Part shown: positions 36,975-47,462 of the stretch, piece by piece
How positions within the stretch are numbered: position 1 is the stretch's first letter
Layout: the number at the start of each line of letters is the position of its first letter
Origin: Pontiella sp.
Lineage (GTDB): Bacteria; Verrucomicrobiota; Kiritimatiellia; Kiritimatiellales; Pontiellaceae
DNA: 64,000 nt
Direction: 5' to 3'
Assembly (NCBI GenBank): GCA_050290185.1
Contig: JBNKHE010000001.1
Coordinates: 450,713-514,712, forward strand
Position numbers and translations under genes: made by a program
The notes under the pieces: model-generated
The model's input: the letters and a program-made list of their open reading frames with translations, nothing else
Databases searched by the model: none
Told to the model about the DNA's origin: nothing

Positions 36975-38180
36975 CTAGACCTTCTTAATCAGATTGTAGG
37001 TATCGAGCGCGATGACGAGCTCTTCGTTGGTGTGGATCTTGATCCCGGCCACCTTCGAGTCGTCGGTGGTAATGATCGTCTCGTTGGCGTTGTTGCGGGC
37101 TTCATCGACCTTCAGGCCAATAAAGCCGAAGTTTTCAAGAATCTTGTCGCGCAGCATTGGATTGTTTTCGCCCACGCCAGCGGTAAAGACGATGCCGTCA
37201 ACCCCGTTCATGGCCGCAATATAGCTCCCGATGTATTTCTGAATGCTGTAGCAGAACATTTCGATGGCCAGGATGCTATCCTTGTCACCCGCATCAGCAG
37301 CTTCCACATTATCGCGCATATCGCTCTTGCCGGAAATCGCCAGCAAACCGCCATTCTTGTTCATCATCGTACTCACCTGAGCGGGAGTCATCTCCTGTGA
37401 TTCCATGATATGCAAAGGAATATAGGGATCGAGAGCGCCGGAACGGGTTCCCATAATGATGCCGTCAAGCGGGGTAAACCCCATCGAGGTATCGACCGAC
37501 TTGCCGCCCATGAAAGCTGCCAGCGAACCTCCGTTGCCCAGATGGCAGGTAATCAGCTTCAGGTCTTCCAACGGCTTGCCTAGTTGCTCTGCGGCCTTAT
37601 GGGCCACATACCCATGAGACGTGCCATGGAATCCGTATTTCCGGATCTTGTAGTTGGTGTACTGGGCTCGCGGCAAAGCATATAGATAGGCCTTTTTCGG
37701 CATGCTCTGGTGAATGGCGGTATCGAAAACGGCCACCTGCGGCATGAACGGCAAAAGCGAAGCCATCGCTTTGATACCCATCAGGTTCGGCGGGTTATGG
37801 AGCGGGGCCAGCATGGAGTTGCGCTCAATCGCCTTGACCACATCGCGATCAATCACAACGGAGCCGGTAAAGTCCTCCCCGCCATGAACCACGCGGTGAC
37901 CCACGCCGGAGAGATCTTCAAGACTTTCAAGAACACCTGTTTCGCTATGGGTCAGCAACTTCAGGATTTCATCAATCGCCGTTTTGTGGGTGGCCAGGTC
38001 AATGAACTGCTTCTCCTTGTCTTCGCCATCAAACCTCTGGATGGTCAGTGTGGAGCCGGCGATACCGATGCGGTCGGCCTGCCCTTCGCACATGGCCGAG
38101 AACTGGTCGCTTTCCTGATTGACCTGATAAAGCTTGAACTTGATCGAGGATGAGCCGGAATTAAGTACGAGAATTTTCAT
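36975..38180 (-). CDS. ackA: Acetate kinase
   Basis: LNSGSSSIK, GHRVVHGG, APLHNP, YGFHGTSH, HLGNG, TNEE. Confidence 0.96.
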   Translation of the reverse strand: MKILVLNSGSSSIKFKLYQVNQESDQFSAMCEGQADRIGIAGSTLTIQRFDGEDKEKQFIDLATHKTAIDEILKLLTHSETGVLESLEDLSGVGHRVVHGGEDFTGSVVIDRDVVKAIERNSMLAPLHNPPNLMGIKAMASLLPFMPQVAVFDTAIHQSMPKKAYLYALPRAQYTNYKIRKYGFHGTSHGYVAHKAAEQLGKPLEDLKLITCHLGNGGSLAAFMGGKSVDTSMGFTPLDGIIMGTRSGALDPYIPLHIMESQEMTPAQVSTMMNKNGGLLAISGKSDMRDNVEAADAGDKDSILAIEMFCYSIQKYIGSYIAAMNGVDGIVFTAGVGENNPMLRDKILENFGFIGLKVDEARNNANETIITTDDSKVAGIKIHTNEELVIALDTYNLIKKV

Positions 38181-38197
38181 AGATCAGTTTCCTTGGA

Positions 38198-39202
38198 TTA
38201 GTTTCCGGCCTGGAGCGCGGTCAGAGCAACGGTTCCAACAATGTCTTCTACATAGCAACCGCGGGAGAGATCGTTCACAGGTTTGTTCAATCCCTGAAGG
38301 ACGGGGCCATAAGCGCCAGCGCCAGCCAAGCGTTGCACCAACTTGTAGCCAATGTTGGCGGCGTTAAGGTCAGGGAAGATCAAAACACGGGCATCCCCTC
38401 CAAGCGGACTTTCCGGAGCTTTCTTAGCGGCCACACTCGGAACGATGGCCGAGTCGGTCTGCAGCTCGCCATCAATCACGATGCCCTTGCCGGGGTGCTC
38501 AGCGGCAATCTTGGCCTTGGCGATCTCAAGGGCCTGTTGAACCTTTTCAACCATCGGGCATTTTCCTCCTGATCCGTAGGAGGAAAAGGAAAGCAATGCG
38601 ACCTTCGGCGGAATGTCGTAGGCCATCGCGGAAATGGCACTGTCGACCGCGATATCGGCCAGTTGTTCGGCGGTGGGATCAACCACCAGCGCACAGTCGG
38701 AAAAGATGTAGGTTTTATCGTTCACATCCATTATGAAGAAGCTCGAAACCGTTGCGCCCTTTTTGGCAGCCTTGATGACCTGAAGCGCGGGACGAACCGT
38801 GTCGGCGGTCGAGTGCGCGGCACCGGAAACCATGCCGTCTGCATCACCCGACTGCATGATCATCGTCCCGAAATAACTAACCTGTTTCACGGTTTCAAGC
38901 GCCTGCTCGGGCGTGATGCCTTTGGCTTTGCGCATTTCATAAAACGTATCCGCGTATTCCTGAAGTTTTTCGGAGGTTTCTGGATTGGTCACCGTAATTC
39001 CATCAAGACTCCAACCCTTAGACGAAAAAGCCTCGGTGATTTTCTGTTCGTCTCCGAGCAGGATTACCGAGGCAATGCCTTCCTGATTGATAATATTAGC
39101 GGCTTCAAGTACGCGTTCGTCGTTTCCTTCCGGAAGTACGATATTTCGCTTTGTAACCTTTGCCGCATCAATGATTTGTTGAATAAATGCACTTCTGCTC
39201 AT
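38198..39202 (-). CDS. pta: Phosphate acetyltransferase
   Basis: IVLPEG, VSGAAHST, DGELQ.D, FPDL.A.NIGYK, PVNDLSRG. Confidence 0.95.
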   Translation of the reverse strand: MSRSAFIQQIIDAAKVTKRNIVLPEGNDERVLEAANIINQEGIASVILLGDEQKITEAFSSKGWSLDGITVTNPETSEKLQEYADTFYEMRKAKGITPEQALETVKQVSYFGTMIMQSGDADGMVSGAAHSTADTVRPALQVIKAAKKGATVSSFFIMDVNDKTYIFSDCALVVDPTAEQLADIAVDSAISAMAYDIPPKVALLSFSSYGSGGKCPMVEKVQQALEIAKAKIAAEHPGKGIVIDGELQTDSAIVPSVAAKKAPESPLGGDARVLIFPDLNAANIGYKLVQRLAGAGAYGPVLQGLNKPVNDLSRGCYVEDIVGTVALTALQAGN

Positions 39203-39425
39203 TTTCCCCGATTCCCCATGTTGTTTAGTAACAATAACCCCTGTTTTGCAAAAAACTTCGCAAAAAGTATCAGTTCGGAATTTTTGCGCAATCCAATTCT
39301 ACCGAAATATCATACGTTTTGGATTTATGACCATTCCTCCGCGCATCAAAAAACGTAAACATGGCAATATACCTCGTTTTTCAACATTATGAATTAGATG
39401 AAACGATCGTTTTGCGGATAAAAAC

Positions 39426-39453
39426 AAAAACCCGCAGCCCAAAGGCTACGGGT
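39426..39453 (-). terminator. Terminator of the ribosomal superoperon
   Basis: Minus strand acccgtagcc-tttg-ggctgcgggt followed by a T-tract. Confidence 0.75.
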
Positions 39454-39478
39454 CCTATCCAATCCATTTGTGCTGGAT

Positions 39479-39883
39479 TTATTCGGCGGCCGCGGGCTCC
39501 GCTACCTCTTCCACAACGGGAGCTTCGATCGCATCCACCCACTCGAGCAGAACCATCTCGGAACTGTCGGAGATACGGCGACCCAGCTTAATGATGCGGG
39601 TGTATCCGCCATTGCGGGATGCAAATACCGGGGCTACGGCATCAAAGAGTTCCTTAACGGACTTTTCGTTTTTCAACGTGGAAATCGCCTGACGGCGAGC
39701 CGCCAAAGTTCCCTTTTTCCCCAGCGTAACCATCTTTTCAGCCAGGCTGCGAGCGGCCTTGGCCTTCGGCAACGTGGTTTTGATGCGTTTATTGTCGATC
39801 AAAGCACATACCAGATTTGCGAGCAACTCGTTGCGGTGCGCACTGGTGCGGCCAAGTTTAACTGTTTTCTTACGATGTCTCAT
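39479..39883 (-). CDS. rplQ: 50S ribosomal protein L17
   Basis: MRHRK..KLGRTSAHR, GGYTRI. Confidence 0.97.
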   Translation of the reverse strand: MRHRKKTVKLGRTSAHRNELLANLVCALIDNKRIKTTLPKAKAARSLAEKMVTLGKKGTLAARRQAISTLKNEKSVKELFDAVAPVFASRNGGYTRIIKLGRRISDSSEMVLLEWVDAIEAPVVEEVAEPAAAE

Positions 39884-39909
39884 TGTTCCAACCTCTGAAT
39901 AGTTACAAA

Positions 39910-40914
39910 TTAATCGTCGGACGATGAACTCTTGAGCAGGTCTGCATCAAAGGTCATGCCCAGCGATAGACCCATTTCCTGAATCTTCGCCTTGATTTCG
40001 TTCAGCGACTTCTTACCGAAGTTGCGGTACTTGAGCATTTCTGCTTCGGTCTTCTGCGCCAGTTCGCCAACCGTAGTAATGTTGGCATTGTTCAGGCAGT
40101 TGGCCGCACGAACACTCAGTTCGATTTCGTTTACACTGATGTTCAGCTTCTTGCGCAGTTCTTCCTTCTCGAGGTCGATCTGCTTTTCGCTTTCCTCGAA
40201 CTCGATCAGATCCTTGTCATAGCTCACGAATACATCGAGATGGTGACGAAGTATCGCAGCCGACATCGTCAGTGCATCGTCAGGGCTGACGCGGCCATCG
40301 GTCCAGATTTCGATAACCAGTTTATCGTAGTCGGTACGGCGGCCAACACGGGTGTTTTCCGTTGCGTACTTTACGCGGCGAACCGGGGAGAAGAGACAGT
40401 CGATCGGAATAATGCCGATCTCCTGGTTTTCCTTCTTGTTCAGGTCGGCGGGGCAATAGCCGCGTCCTATGCGGACTTCCATATCGGCTTCGAACACGCC
40501 GCCTTCAGCCAGAGTGCAGATGACAAAATCGGGATTCAGAACCTCAATCGTGTCCGGCGCAACAATATCACCAGCGGTCACTTCACCCGGACCTTCAACT
40601 TTGATCTTAACCGTCTGCGCATCGCGCGAGTAGGTTTTGAACAGCAGTTGCTTGATGTTCAGAATGATGTCGGTGACGTCTTCGACAACCCCTTCGAGGC
40701 TGCAGAATTCGTGCGGAGCACCCTTAATCTTGATGGACGAAACCGCAGCACCCTCGAGCGAGGACAGCAACACACGGCGGAGCGAGTTGCCCATGGTGCG
40801 GCCGTAGCCTCCTTCGAATGGTTCTGCATAGAACTTACCGTAGTTTTCGGTTGAAACAGACTCATCCTTGATGACCTGTTTCGGCATTTCAAAACGACCG
40901 AGTCGTGTAGCCAT
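39910..40914 (-). CDS. rpoA: RNA polymerase alpha subunit
   Basis: GYGRTMGNSLRRVLLSSLEG, LSVRAANCL, NFGKKS. Confidence 0.97.
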   Translation of the reverse strand: MATRLGRFEMPKQVIKDESVSTENYGKFYAEPFEGGYGRTMGNSLRRVLLSSLEGAAVSSIKIKGAPHEFCSLEGVVEDVTDIILNIKQLLFKTYSRDAQTVKIKVEGPGEVTAGDIVAPDTIEVLNPDFVICTLAEGGVFEADMEVRIGRGYCPADLNKKENQEIGIIPIDCLFSPVRRVKYATENTRVGRRTDYDKLVIEIWTDGRVSPDDALTMSAAILRHHLDVFVSYDKDLIEFEESEKQIDLEKEELRKKLNISVNEIELSVRAANCLNNANITTVGELAQKTEAEMLKYRNFGKKSLNEIKAKIQEMGLSLGMTFDADLLKSSSSDD

Positions 40915-40983
40915 AGTATTATCCTCCCAGAACCGGGCATTAACCGGCTCGTATGGTGTTCATTTACGTATTGTTAGATTCAA

Positions 40984-41562
40984 TTAGACGCGACGACGCT
41001 TGGGCGGGCGGCATCCATTGTGCGGAATAGCGGTGGTGTCCTTGATTGCGGTAACAGCGAGACCGGCGGCCTGAATGGCACGGACGGCGGATTCGCGGCC
41101 GGCACCGGGACCCTGCACGCGAACTTCAACTTCGGACATGCCGTGGCTGATTGCGGTACGGGCGGCATCCTGAGCAACCGTGGTGGCTGCGAACGCCGTG
41201 CTCTTGCGCGAACCCTTGAAGTTACAGCGACCGGCACTGCTCCAGGAAATCACATTACCACGCATGTCCGTGATCGAAACGATGGTGTTGTTGAAGGTGG
41301 TCTTAACGAAAGCGATACCGAACGGGACATTCTTGGAACCCTTCTTACGCTTGATCGGCTCGATCTTTTCGTCGGCCAGAAGATCGGCTGCGGTCGGCAG
41401 ACGGCTCTTCTTTTCTTCGGAGGGTTGCTCTGCAGCTGCTTCCGTTTTCGCTTCGGCGGCGGGTTTTTCAGCAGCGGCTTCGGTTTTCACTTCAGCTTCA
41501 GCGGCAACCGGTGCAGCTTGCTCAACCACTTTTTCTTCTACTTCTTTTTGTTCTTCTGCCAT
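40984..41562 (-). CDS. rpsK: 30S ribosomal protein S11 with long N-terminal extension
   Basis: [34 protein letters not shown]. Confidence 0.96.
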   Translation of the reverse strand: MAEEQKEVEEKVVEQAAPVAAEAEVKTEAAAEKPAAEAKTEAAAEQPSEEKKSRLPTAADLLADEKIEPIKRKKGSKNVPFGIAFVKTTFNNTIVSITDMRGNVISWSSAGRCNFKGSRKSTAFAATTVAQDAARTAISHGMSEVEVRVQGPGAGRESAVRAIQAAGLAVTAIKDTTAIPHNGCRPPKRRRV

Positions 41563-41590
41563 GGGAATAATCCTTCTTTAAAGCACCTGT

Positions 41591-41992
41591 TTATTTGCCG
41601 GATTTAGCAGCGGCACGGGCTTCCTTGCCGCGAACCACGCCAACGGTGCGCTTTGCACCCTTGCGGGTACGTGCATTGGTCTTGGTCCGCTGTCCACGTA
41701 CCGGAAGTCCGGCGCGATGCCGACGGCCACGGTAGGTGCCGATGGAGATGAGACGACGAATATTGGACGAGATTTCACGCCGAAGGTCACCCTCGATGCG
41801 ATAGTCGTTCTGAAGCACAGCAACCAAATGCTGAATATCTTCGTCGGTCAGGTCGTCCGCTTTTTTGGCGGGATCCAGCTTGGCCTTCTCGCAAACTTCT
41901 TTTGCGGTGGTCGGGCCGATGCCGTAGATGTAGCGAAGCGAGTATTCAAGCTTCTTTCTACCGGGAATGTCTATACCGAGTACACGTGGCAT
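41591..41992 (-). CDS. rpsM: 30S ribosomal protein S13
   Basis: IYGIG, YRGRRH..GLPVRGQRTKTNARTRKG. Confidence 0.97.
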   Translation of the reverse strand: MPRVLGIDIPGRKKLEYSLRYIYGIGPTTAKEVCEKAKLDPAKKADDLTDEDIQHLVAVLQNDYRIEGDLRREISSNIRRLISIGTYRGRRHRAGLPVRGQRTKTNARTRKGAKRTVGVVRGKEARAAAKSGK

Positions 41993-42007
41993 TTATAAAC
42001 TCCTTGA

Positions 42008-42121
42008 TTATCCTTGGCGCTGCTTATGACGGGGATTCGTACAAATGATACGCACCACGCCCTTGCGCCGGATTACTTTACACTGTTCACACATTCTTTT
42101 TACTGAAGCTCTTACTTTCAT
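42008..42121 (-). CDS. rpmJ: 50S ribosomal protein L36 (not in the ORF track)
   Basis: [37 protein letters not shown]. Confidence 0.96.
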   Translation of the reverse strand: MKVRASVKRMCEQCKVIRRKGVVRIICTNPRHKQRQG

Positions 42122-42122
42122 C

Positions 42123-42341
42123 TTATTGCTCCTGGTCTAGCACCAGACGCCCCTTGGACATATCGTAGGGCGACATCTCAACTGTAACCTGTGCACCGAC
42201 TTGCGGCAGCTTCCTGCCTGTGTCCTGGCGTCCTATAAACGCTACGAAACGGTGTCCATTACGCAGTTCTGCGTCAAAAGCGTTGTTGTCTAGCACAGAT
42301 ATTAAATGAGCGTCTAGTAAAATTGTCTCTTTTTTCTCCAT
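42123..42341 (-). CDS. infA: Divergent translation initiation factor IF-1
   Basis: [20 protein letters not shown]; canonical map-infA-rpmJ position. Confidence 0.8.
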   Translation of the reverse strand: MEKKETILLDAHLISVLDNNAFDAELRNGHRFVAFIGRQDTGRKLPQVGAQVTVEMSPYDMSKGRLVLDQEQ

Positions 42342-43099
42342 TACTCGTCAAAATCGGGAATGGTCAGGATCTCAGCCTGATCTTTTCCAACTGCGATCGT
42401 ATGCTCGAAATGAGCCGATGGCAACCGATCCTTGGTTACCACAGTCCATCCATCGTTCAGGGTCTCGGTCTTATGTACCCCTAAATTGATCATCGGTTCA
42501 ATGGCGAAGGTCATACCGGCCTTTAGAACCGGCCCCCTTCCCGGAGGGCCATAATTCGGAATCTGCGGGTCTTCGTGCATCTCCCGTCCGATACCGTGGC
42601 CGACAAAGTCGCGTACCACCGAAAAACCGGCCCCTTCGGCCACCACCTGGACCGCATTGGAAATATCTGAAAGGCGGTTGCCTTCGACAGCCTTGCCAAT
42701 GGCGGCCATCAAAGATTCCTTGGTCGTATCCAGCAGACGCCTTACGTCTGGATCAACATTGCCTACGGGCACAGTGGTCGCCGTGTCGCCGACAAATCCA
42801 CCGTATATCAACCCAAAGTCGATACTGACGACATCGCCGTCACGAATGACACGCCGTCCGGGAACCCCGTGAACGACCTCTTCATTCACCGAGGAACAGA
42901 TATGGCCCGAAAATCCATGATAGCCATAGAACGCGCAGACCCCCTCTTCCTTGCGGGCCAGCTCTGCGGCATATTCATCCAGCTCGCGCGTCGTCACGCC
43001 CGGTGCAACCTTGGCGGCAACCCGGTGAAGGATCGTAGCCGTCTTCCGGGCACTGATGCGCATGGCGTCCAGTTCTTCTGGCTTTTTAACAATAATCAT
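42341..43099 (-). CDS. map: Methionine aminopeptidase
   Basis: SVNEEVVHG, GDTA, GHGIG..MHEDP, AIEPM, SAHFEHT. Confidence 0.96.
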   Translation of the reverse strand: MIIVKKPEELDAMRISARKTATILHRVAAKVAPGVTTRELDEYAAELARKEEGVCAFYGYHGFSGHICSSVNEEVVHGVPGRRVIRDGDVVSIDFGLIYGGFVGDTATTVPVGNVDPDVRRLLDTTKESLMAAIGKAVEGNRLSDISNAVQVVAEGAGFSVVRDFVGHGIGREMHEDPQIPNYGPPGRGPVLKAGMTFAIEPMINLGVHKTETLNDGWTVVTKDRLPSAHFEHTIAVGKDQAEILTIPDFDE

Positions 43100-43108
43100 A
43101 TCGTGCGC

Positions 43109-43753
43109 CTAATCCAGACGTTCCAGAACCTCATGCCGAACCGCTTCAATGCTCTGCGCAGCATTCACGCCCTGGATCAGGTTCTTTCCAGTGTAGTAGT
43201 TGATGACCGGAGCAGTCCGGTCCGTATAGACCTGAAGCCGCTTGCGGATGGTATCCGGAGTATCGTCCGGACGCTGGCTCAAACCGCACCCGTCATTATC
43301 GCACTGTTCATCATGCGAAGGGGGATTGAATGCCATGTGATATACGGATCCGCATTTTGCGCAGGTTCTGCGACCGGAAAGACGCTGGACTATAATATCG
43401 TCCGGACATTCAAGGAGTATGACCGATTCAAGATTCCCGTCTATGCCGTCGACCAGTTCGTCGAGTTTTTCCGCCTGAACCAACGTACGAGGGAAGCCGT
43501 CGAGGAGTATCTTAGCCCCGAAAGGTGCTTTTGAAATTAAATCGCGGATCATTCCAACAACAACATCATCACGGACAAACCGGCCATGATCCATCAGCTC
43601 CTTCGCCTCCAAACCCAACGGGGTTCCCTGTTGGATTTGTTCGCGAAGGAGATTTCCTGTCGAGACATGAAGGAATCCCTTTTCCACCAAAGCTTCGGCA
43701 ACAGTGCCCTTTCCGGCACCAGGGGGCCCCAATAAGATGACCATCTTCATCAT
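43109..43753 (-). CDS. adk: Adenylate kinase
   Basis: GPPGAGKGT, LDGFPR, lid RRTCAKCG, QRPDD. Confidence 0.96.
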   Translation of the reverse strand: MMKMVILLGPPGAGKGTVAEALVEKGFLHVSTGNLLREQIQQGTPLGLEAKELMDHGRFVRDDVVVGMIRDLISKAPFGAKILLDGFPRTLVQAEKLDELVDGIDGNLESVILLECPDDIIVQRLSGRRTCAKCGSVYHMAFNPPSHDEQCDNDGCGLSQRPDDTPDTIRKRLQVYTDRTAPVINYYTGKNLIQGVNAAQSIEAVRHEVLERLD

Positions 43754-45096
43754 AGTCTTCCGCGCATCTTGCCTTTTTTCAGGAAGCCATCGTAGTGACG
43801 CATCAACAAATGCGACTCGATCTGGCGCATGGTATCAAGCATGACTCCGACGATGATCAACAGGCTGGTTCCGCCAAAGAATGATGAGACGATAAACGGG
43901 ATGTTGAATTGTCCGGTCATGATGGTCGGCATGACCGCAATGGCCGTAAGGAAAAGCGCGCCGGCCAAAGTCAACCGGGTCATCGCCCGATCAAGGAATT
44001 CGGCGGTAGGACGACCAGGACGAATCCCGGCGATATAGCCTCCGCGGCGCTTCAGGTCATCCGCGATCTGGATCGGATTGAACTGGGTTGCCACCCAAAA
44101 ATAGGAGAAGAACAGGATCATCAAACCAAACCAGAACATATACCAGCCAGATCCGGTAAAGTGCCCTCCCCACTGCTTAGCCCACTCATAAGGCAGGTAG
44201 GCGGCAATGGTAGGGAAAATCTGCAGGATCGCAGATGCAAAGATGATCGGCATAACGCCGGAATAGTTCACACGCAACGGAAGGTGCGAGGTTCCGCCTG
44301 GCTTCATCGAACGGCCCACCATGCGCTTGGCAAACTGTACCGGCACCTTCTGCTGTGCCTGGGTCATGGCAACCACACCAAGAGTTACGCCGAAAATAAG
44401 CGCAACCATGAGCGCCACATGGAAAGGTCCGATTTCCGCAATACCGTCGACGGGGCTCAGTTTGTCAATCAGCACCTTGATGGCAGCTGGAAGACGGCTG
44501 ACAATGTTGACCGTAATGATCAGCGAGATGCCATTGCCGATCCCCCGATCGGTGATCTGTTCACCAATCCACATCAGAAGCAGCGATCCTGTTACCAGCG
44601 CAAGCACCGACAACATCACAAAGCCAAGACCCGGAATGCGCACCACGGAAGCCGGAAGGCCGCTGTTGAGGTAGTTTCCGGCCTGGATCGACAAGGCAAT
44701 GGCTGCACCCTGAAAGGCACAGATGACCACCGTCAGATAACGCGTATACTGGGTAATCTTCTGTCGACCAACATCGCCTTCTCGCGCCAGCTTCTCCAAA
44801 TGCGGAATCACGGCGGTCATCAGCTGGATAATGATCGAAGCGCTGATGTAGGGCATGATCCCAAGCGTACCGATGGTGCACTGAAGCAGCGCCCCCCCGC
44901 TGAAGAGGTTGACCATTCCAAGGAATCCCCCCTGCGATCCTGCATGATTCGCGAAAAAGTCGCGGATCTGTACGGCGTCGACGCCCGGAAGCGGAACGGC
45001 GGCAATCAATCGGCAGATGAAGATGAGACCAAAGGTGAATAGAATCCTTTGGCGGAGCTCGGCAATTTTGAAGGTGTTGGCAAACGCGGAAAACAT
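43750..45096 (-). CDS. secY: Preprotein translocase SecY
   Basis: LGIMPYISASII, GIGNGISL, GVMPIIFAS, GIRPG, FGGTSLLI. Confidence 0.97.
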   Translation of the reverse strand: MFSAFANTFKIAELRQRILFTFGLIFICRLIAAVPLPGVDAVQIRDFFANHAGSQGGFLGMVNLFSGGALLQCTIGTLGIMPYISASIIIQLMTAVIPHLEKLAREGDVGRQKITQYTRYLTVVICAFQGAAIALSIQAGNYLNSGLPASVVRIPGLGFVMLSVLALVTGSLLLMWIGEQITDRGIGNGISLIITVNIVSRLPAAIKVLIDKLSPVDGIAEIGPFHVALMVALIFGVTLGVVAMTQAQQKVPVQFAKRMVGRSMKPGGTSHLPLRVNYSGVMPIIFASAILQIFPTIAAYLPYEWAKQWGGHFTGSGWYMFWFGLMILFFSYFWVATQFNPIQIADDLKRRGGYIAGIRPGRPTAEFLDRAMTRLTLAGALFLTAIAVMPTIMTGQFNIPFIVSSFFGGTSLLIIVGVMLDTMRQIESHLLMRHYDGFLKKGKMRGRL

Positions 45097-45117
45097 GGCA
45101 ATGTGGCCTTTCGTGGG

Positions 45118-45558
45118 TTAGACGATTTCGCAGGTACCGCCGGCGGCTTCGATCTTTTCCTTGGCCGAGGCAGAGAACGCATTGACCTTAACGGTCAGCT
45201 TCTTTTCCACATTACCATTTCCCAAAATCTTGACCGCGTCGAAACGGCCATTGGCCAGTCCCTTCTCCTGAAGGAGAGCGACCGTTACTTCGCTGCCTTC
45301 TTCGAATACGTTGAGCGCATCCAGGTTAACGCCGATGATTTCCTTGCGAGTGAAATTCTTGAAGCCACGTTTCGGCAGCTTGCGGACGAAGGGCATCTGC
45401 CCCCCTTCGAACAACGGCTTATGGCTGGCGCCCGCACGCGAGAACTGACCCTTGTGACCGCGTCCAGCGGTTTTACCTTTGCCCGAAGCACGGCCGCGAC
45501 CCACACGGATCTTGCGGTGTTTGGAACCTTCTGCCGGTTGCAGTGAATGTAAATCCAT
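45118..45558 (-). CDS. rplO: 50S ribosomal protein L15
   Basis: [25 protein letters not shown]. Confidence 0.97.
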   Translation of the reverse strand: MDLHSLQPAEGSKHRKIRVGRGRASGKGKTAGRGHKGQFSRAGASHKPLFEGGQMPFVRKLPKRGFKNFTRKEIIGVNLDALNVFEEGSEVTVALLQEKGLANGRFDAVKILGNGNVEKKLTVKVNAFSASAKEKIEAAGGTCEIV

Positions 45559-45579
45559 GACTAAATCCCTCTTGCTATA

Positions 45580-46131
45580 CTAGCCCTTGCGGATGGCAAG
45601 TGCTTCTTCCTTGGAGCGAAGCTGCCCCAAGGCTTTCAAAGTTGCTTTGGTTACATTGAGGTGGTTGTTGCTGCCCAGCGACTTGGCGAGGACATCACGA
45701 ACCCCTGCAAGCTCGAGCACGGCACGGCACGGACCACCAGCGATAATGCCGGTACCTTCCGAAGCCGGACGGATCAAGACCTGCGCCCCACTGAACTTGC
45801 CAATGGCATCATGTGGAAGCGTCGTGCCGCGCATGGTCACCGTTTGCAGGTTGCGCTTGGCGGATTCACCGGCCTTGCGGATGGCCTCGGCAACTTCAGC
45901 TGCCTTGCCGAGCCCGTAGCCTACGCGACCCTTGCGATCACCGACAACCACCAGTGCACCAAAGCTGAAACGACGTCCACCCTTGACCACTTTAGAGTTG
46001 CGGCTGATGTGAACCACGCGTTCTTCAAACTCCGGCTTTTCCCGGACTTCATTCCTATCGTCACGACGGCCCTTGCGGCCACGGCCGCCACCATCACGGC
46101 GTCCTCTGCGTTCTGTACGTTCTTCTGCCAT
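45580..46131 (-). CDS. rpsE: 30S ribosomal protein S5
   Basis: [24 protein letters not shown]. Confidence 0.97.
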   Translation of the reverse strand: MAEERTERRGRRDGGGRGRKGRRDDRNEVREKPEFEERVVHISRNSKVVKGGRRFSFGALVVVGDRKGRVGYGLGKAAEVAEAIRKAGESAKRNLQTVTMRGTTLPHDAIGKFSGAQVLIRPASEGTGIIAGGPCRAVLELAGVRDVLAKSLGSNNHLNVTKATLKALGQLRSKEEALAIRKG

Positions 46132-46153
46132 TTAGGAAACTCCTTGGATATGC

Positions 46154-46489
46154 CTAGAATTTAAGTCCCGCTTCACGGGCGCTGTCAGCGAGTGTTTTGA
46201 GGTTGTTGCCGAAAGCAAAACCGCCGCGGTCGAATACAACCGTTTCGATCCCCTTGCCCTTGGCCACTTCCGCAGCTTTCGCCCCGAGGGCCTTTGCGGC
46301 TTCGGCGTTCTTGCCGGCGACGGCCGCACCAACAATGGTCAGGCGGGCATCGTCATCAATAAACTGGACTTCCAAACGCTTGTTGGAGCGGAAGACCGCC
46401 ATGCGCGGACGCTCAGCGGTTCCCTGCACCTTGTTGCGCACCCGGAAGTGGCGACGAATTCTCAGATCTCTTTTGCTCTTAGTACTCAT
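46154..46489 (-). CDS. rplR: 50S ribosomal protein L18
   Basis: GTAERPR.AVFRSNK, VVFDRGG, AREAGLKF. Confidence 0.96.
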   Translation of the reverse strand: MSTKSKRDLRIRRHFRVRNKVQGTAERPRMAVFRSNKRLEVQFIDDDARLTIVGAAVAGKNAEAAKALGAKAAEVAKGKGIETVVFDRGGFAFGNNLKTLADSAREAGLKF

Positions 46490-46491
46490 GA

Positions 46492-47028
46492 TTATGCAAC
46501 CGCCTTACCTTCCTTGCGGCGAATCTGCTCACCCACGTAGCGAACGCCCTTGCCCTTGTACGGTTCAGCCGGCGAGTAGTCGCGGATACGGGCCGCAACC
46601 TGTCCGACCAACTGCTTGTCAATGCCTTCGACAGAAACAGTGGTACCGTTCTGTACATCGACCTTGATTCCAGCAGGAATCGAATAGTTGATGTCATGCG
46701 AATACCCCAGCGAAAGTACGATAGACTCCCCCTGCATCTGGGCCTTGTAGCCGACACCTTCGATTGCGAGTTCCTTCTTATAGCCCTGGCTGACACCAAA
46801 GATCATGTTGTTGATCAGGCTCCGGACCGTACCAAACATCGCCTTGCCGTGCTTGGATTCATCCACGCGGGAAACGACGACGCTGTTATCTTCAACGGCA
46901 ATCGCGATGCACGCCGGAGCGGTATAGGCGCATTCGCCCTTGGCTCCCTTGACGGTCACGGTTTGCCCACTTACCTCGACGGTCACGCCGTCGGGAATCA
47001 AAACTGGTTGTTTACCTATTCTTGACAT
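46492..47028 (-). CDS. rplF: 50S ribosomal protein L6
   Basis: MSRIGK, LGYSH, EPYKGKG. Confidence 0.97.
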   Translation of the reverse strand: MSRIGKQPVLIPDGVTVEVSGQTVTVKGAKGECAYTAPACIAIAVEDNSVVVSRVDESKHGKAMFGTVRSLINNMIFGVSQGYKKELAIEGVGYKAQMQGESIVLSLGYSHDINYSIPAGIKVDVQNGTTVSVEGIDKQLVGQVAARIRDYSPAEPYKGKGVRYVGEQIRRKEGKAVA

Positions 47029-47045
47029 AACTAAACTCCGCTTTC

Positions 47046-47444
47046 TTACCAGATGTAGCAGAGGACTTCGCCCCCGATTTTCTTCTGTCTGGCATCGTTG
47101 TCTGTCATTACACCTGACGACGTGCTCAGGATACCCATGCCGATACCGCCCAAAACGCGCGGAACCTCTTCGGCATTGACATACTTGCGGCAGCTGGGCT
47201 TGCTGATGCGGCGAAGCCCCTGGATGACCGGCTCGCGGTCAATCGTGTATTTCAGGAAAATGTTCAGGACGCTCTTGCCGCCGTCGTTTTCCACCGTGTA
47301 ATCCTTGATAAACCCTTCGGCCTTGAGGATACGTGCGATTTCGCTCTTCATCTTCGAATGCGGCATCTGCACAATTTTCTTCTCAGCCATGTTCGCGTTG
47401 CGAATGCGGGTCAACATATCAGCAATTGGATCTGTAAGTACCAT
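47046..47444 (-). CDS. rpsH: 30S ribosomal protein S8
   Basis: DPIADMLTRIRNA, STS.GVM, GGEV. Confidence 0.97.
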   Translation of the reverse strand: MVLTDPIADMLTRIRNANMAEKKIVQMPHSKMKSEIARILKAEGFIKDYTVENDGGKSVLNIFLKYTIDREPVIQGLRRISKPSCRKYVNAEEVPRVLGGIGMGILSTSSGVMTDNDARQKKIGGEVLCYIW

Positions 47445-47462
47445 TTCTTAAACCCTTCTTCC

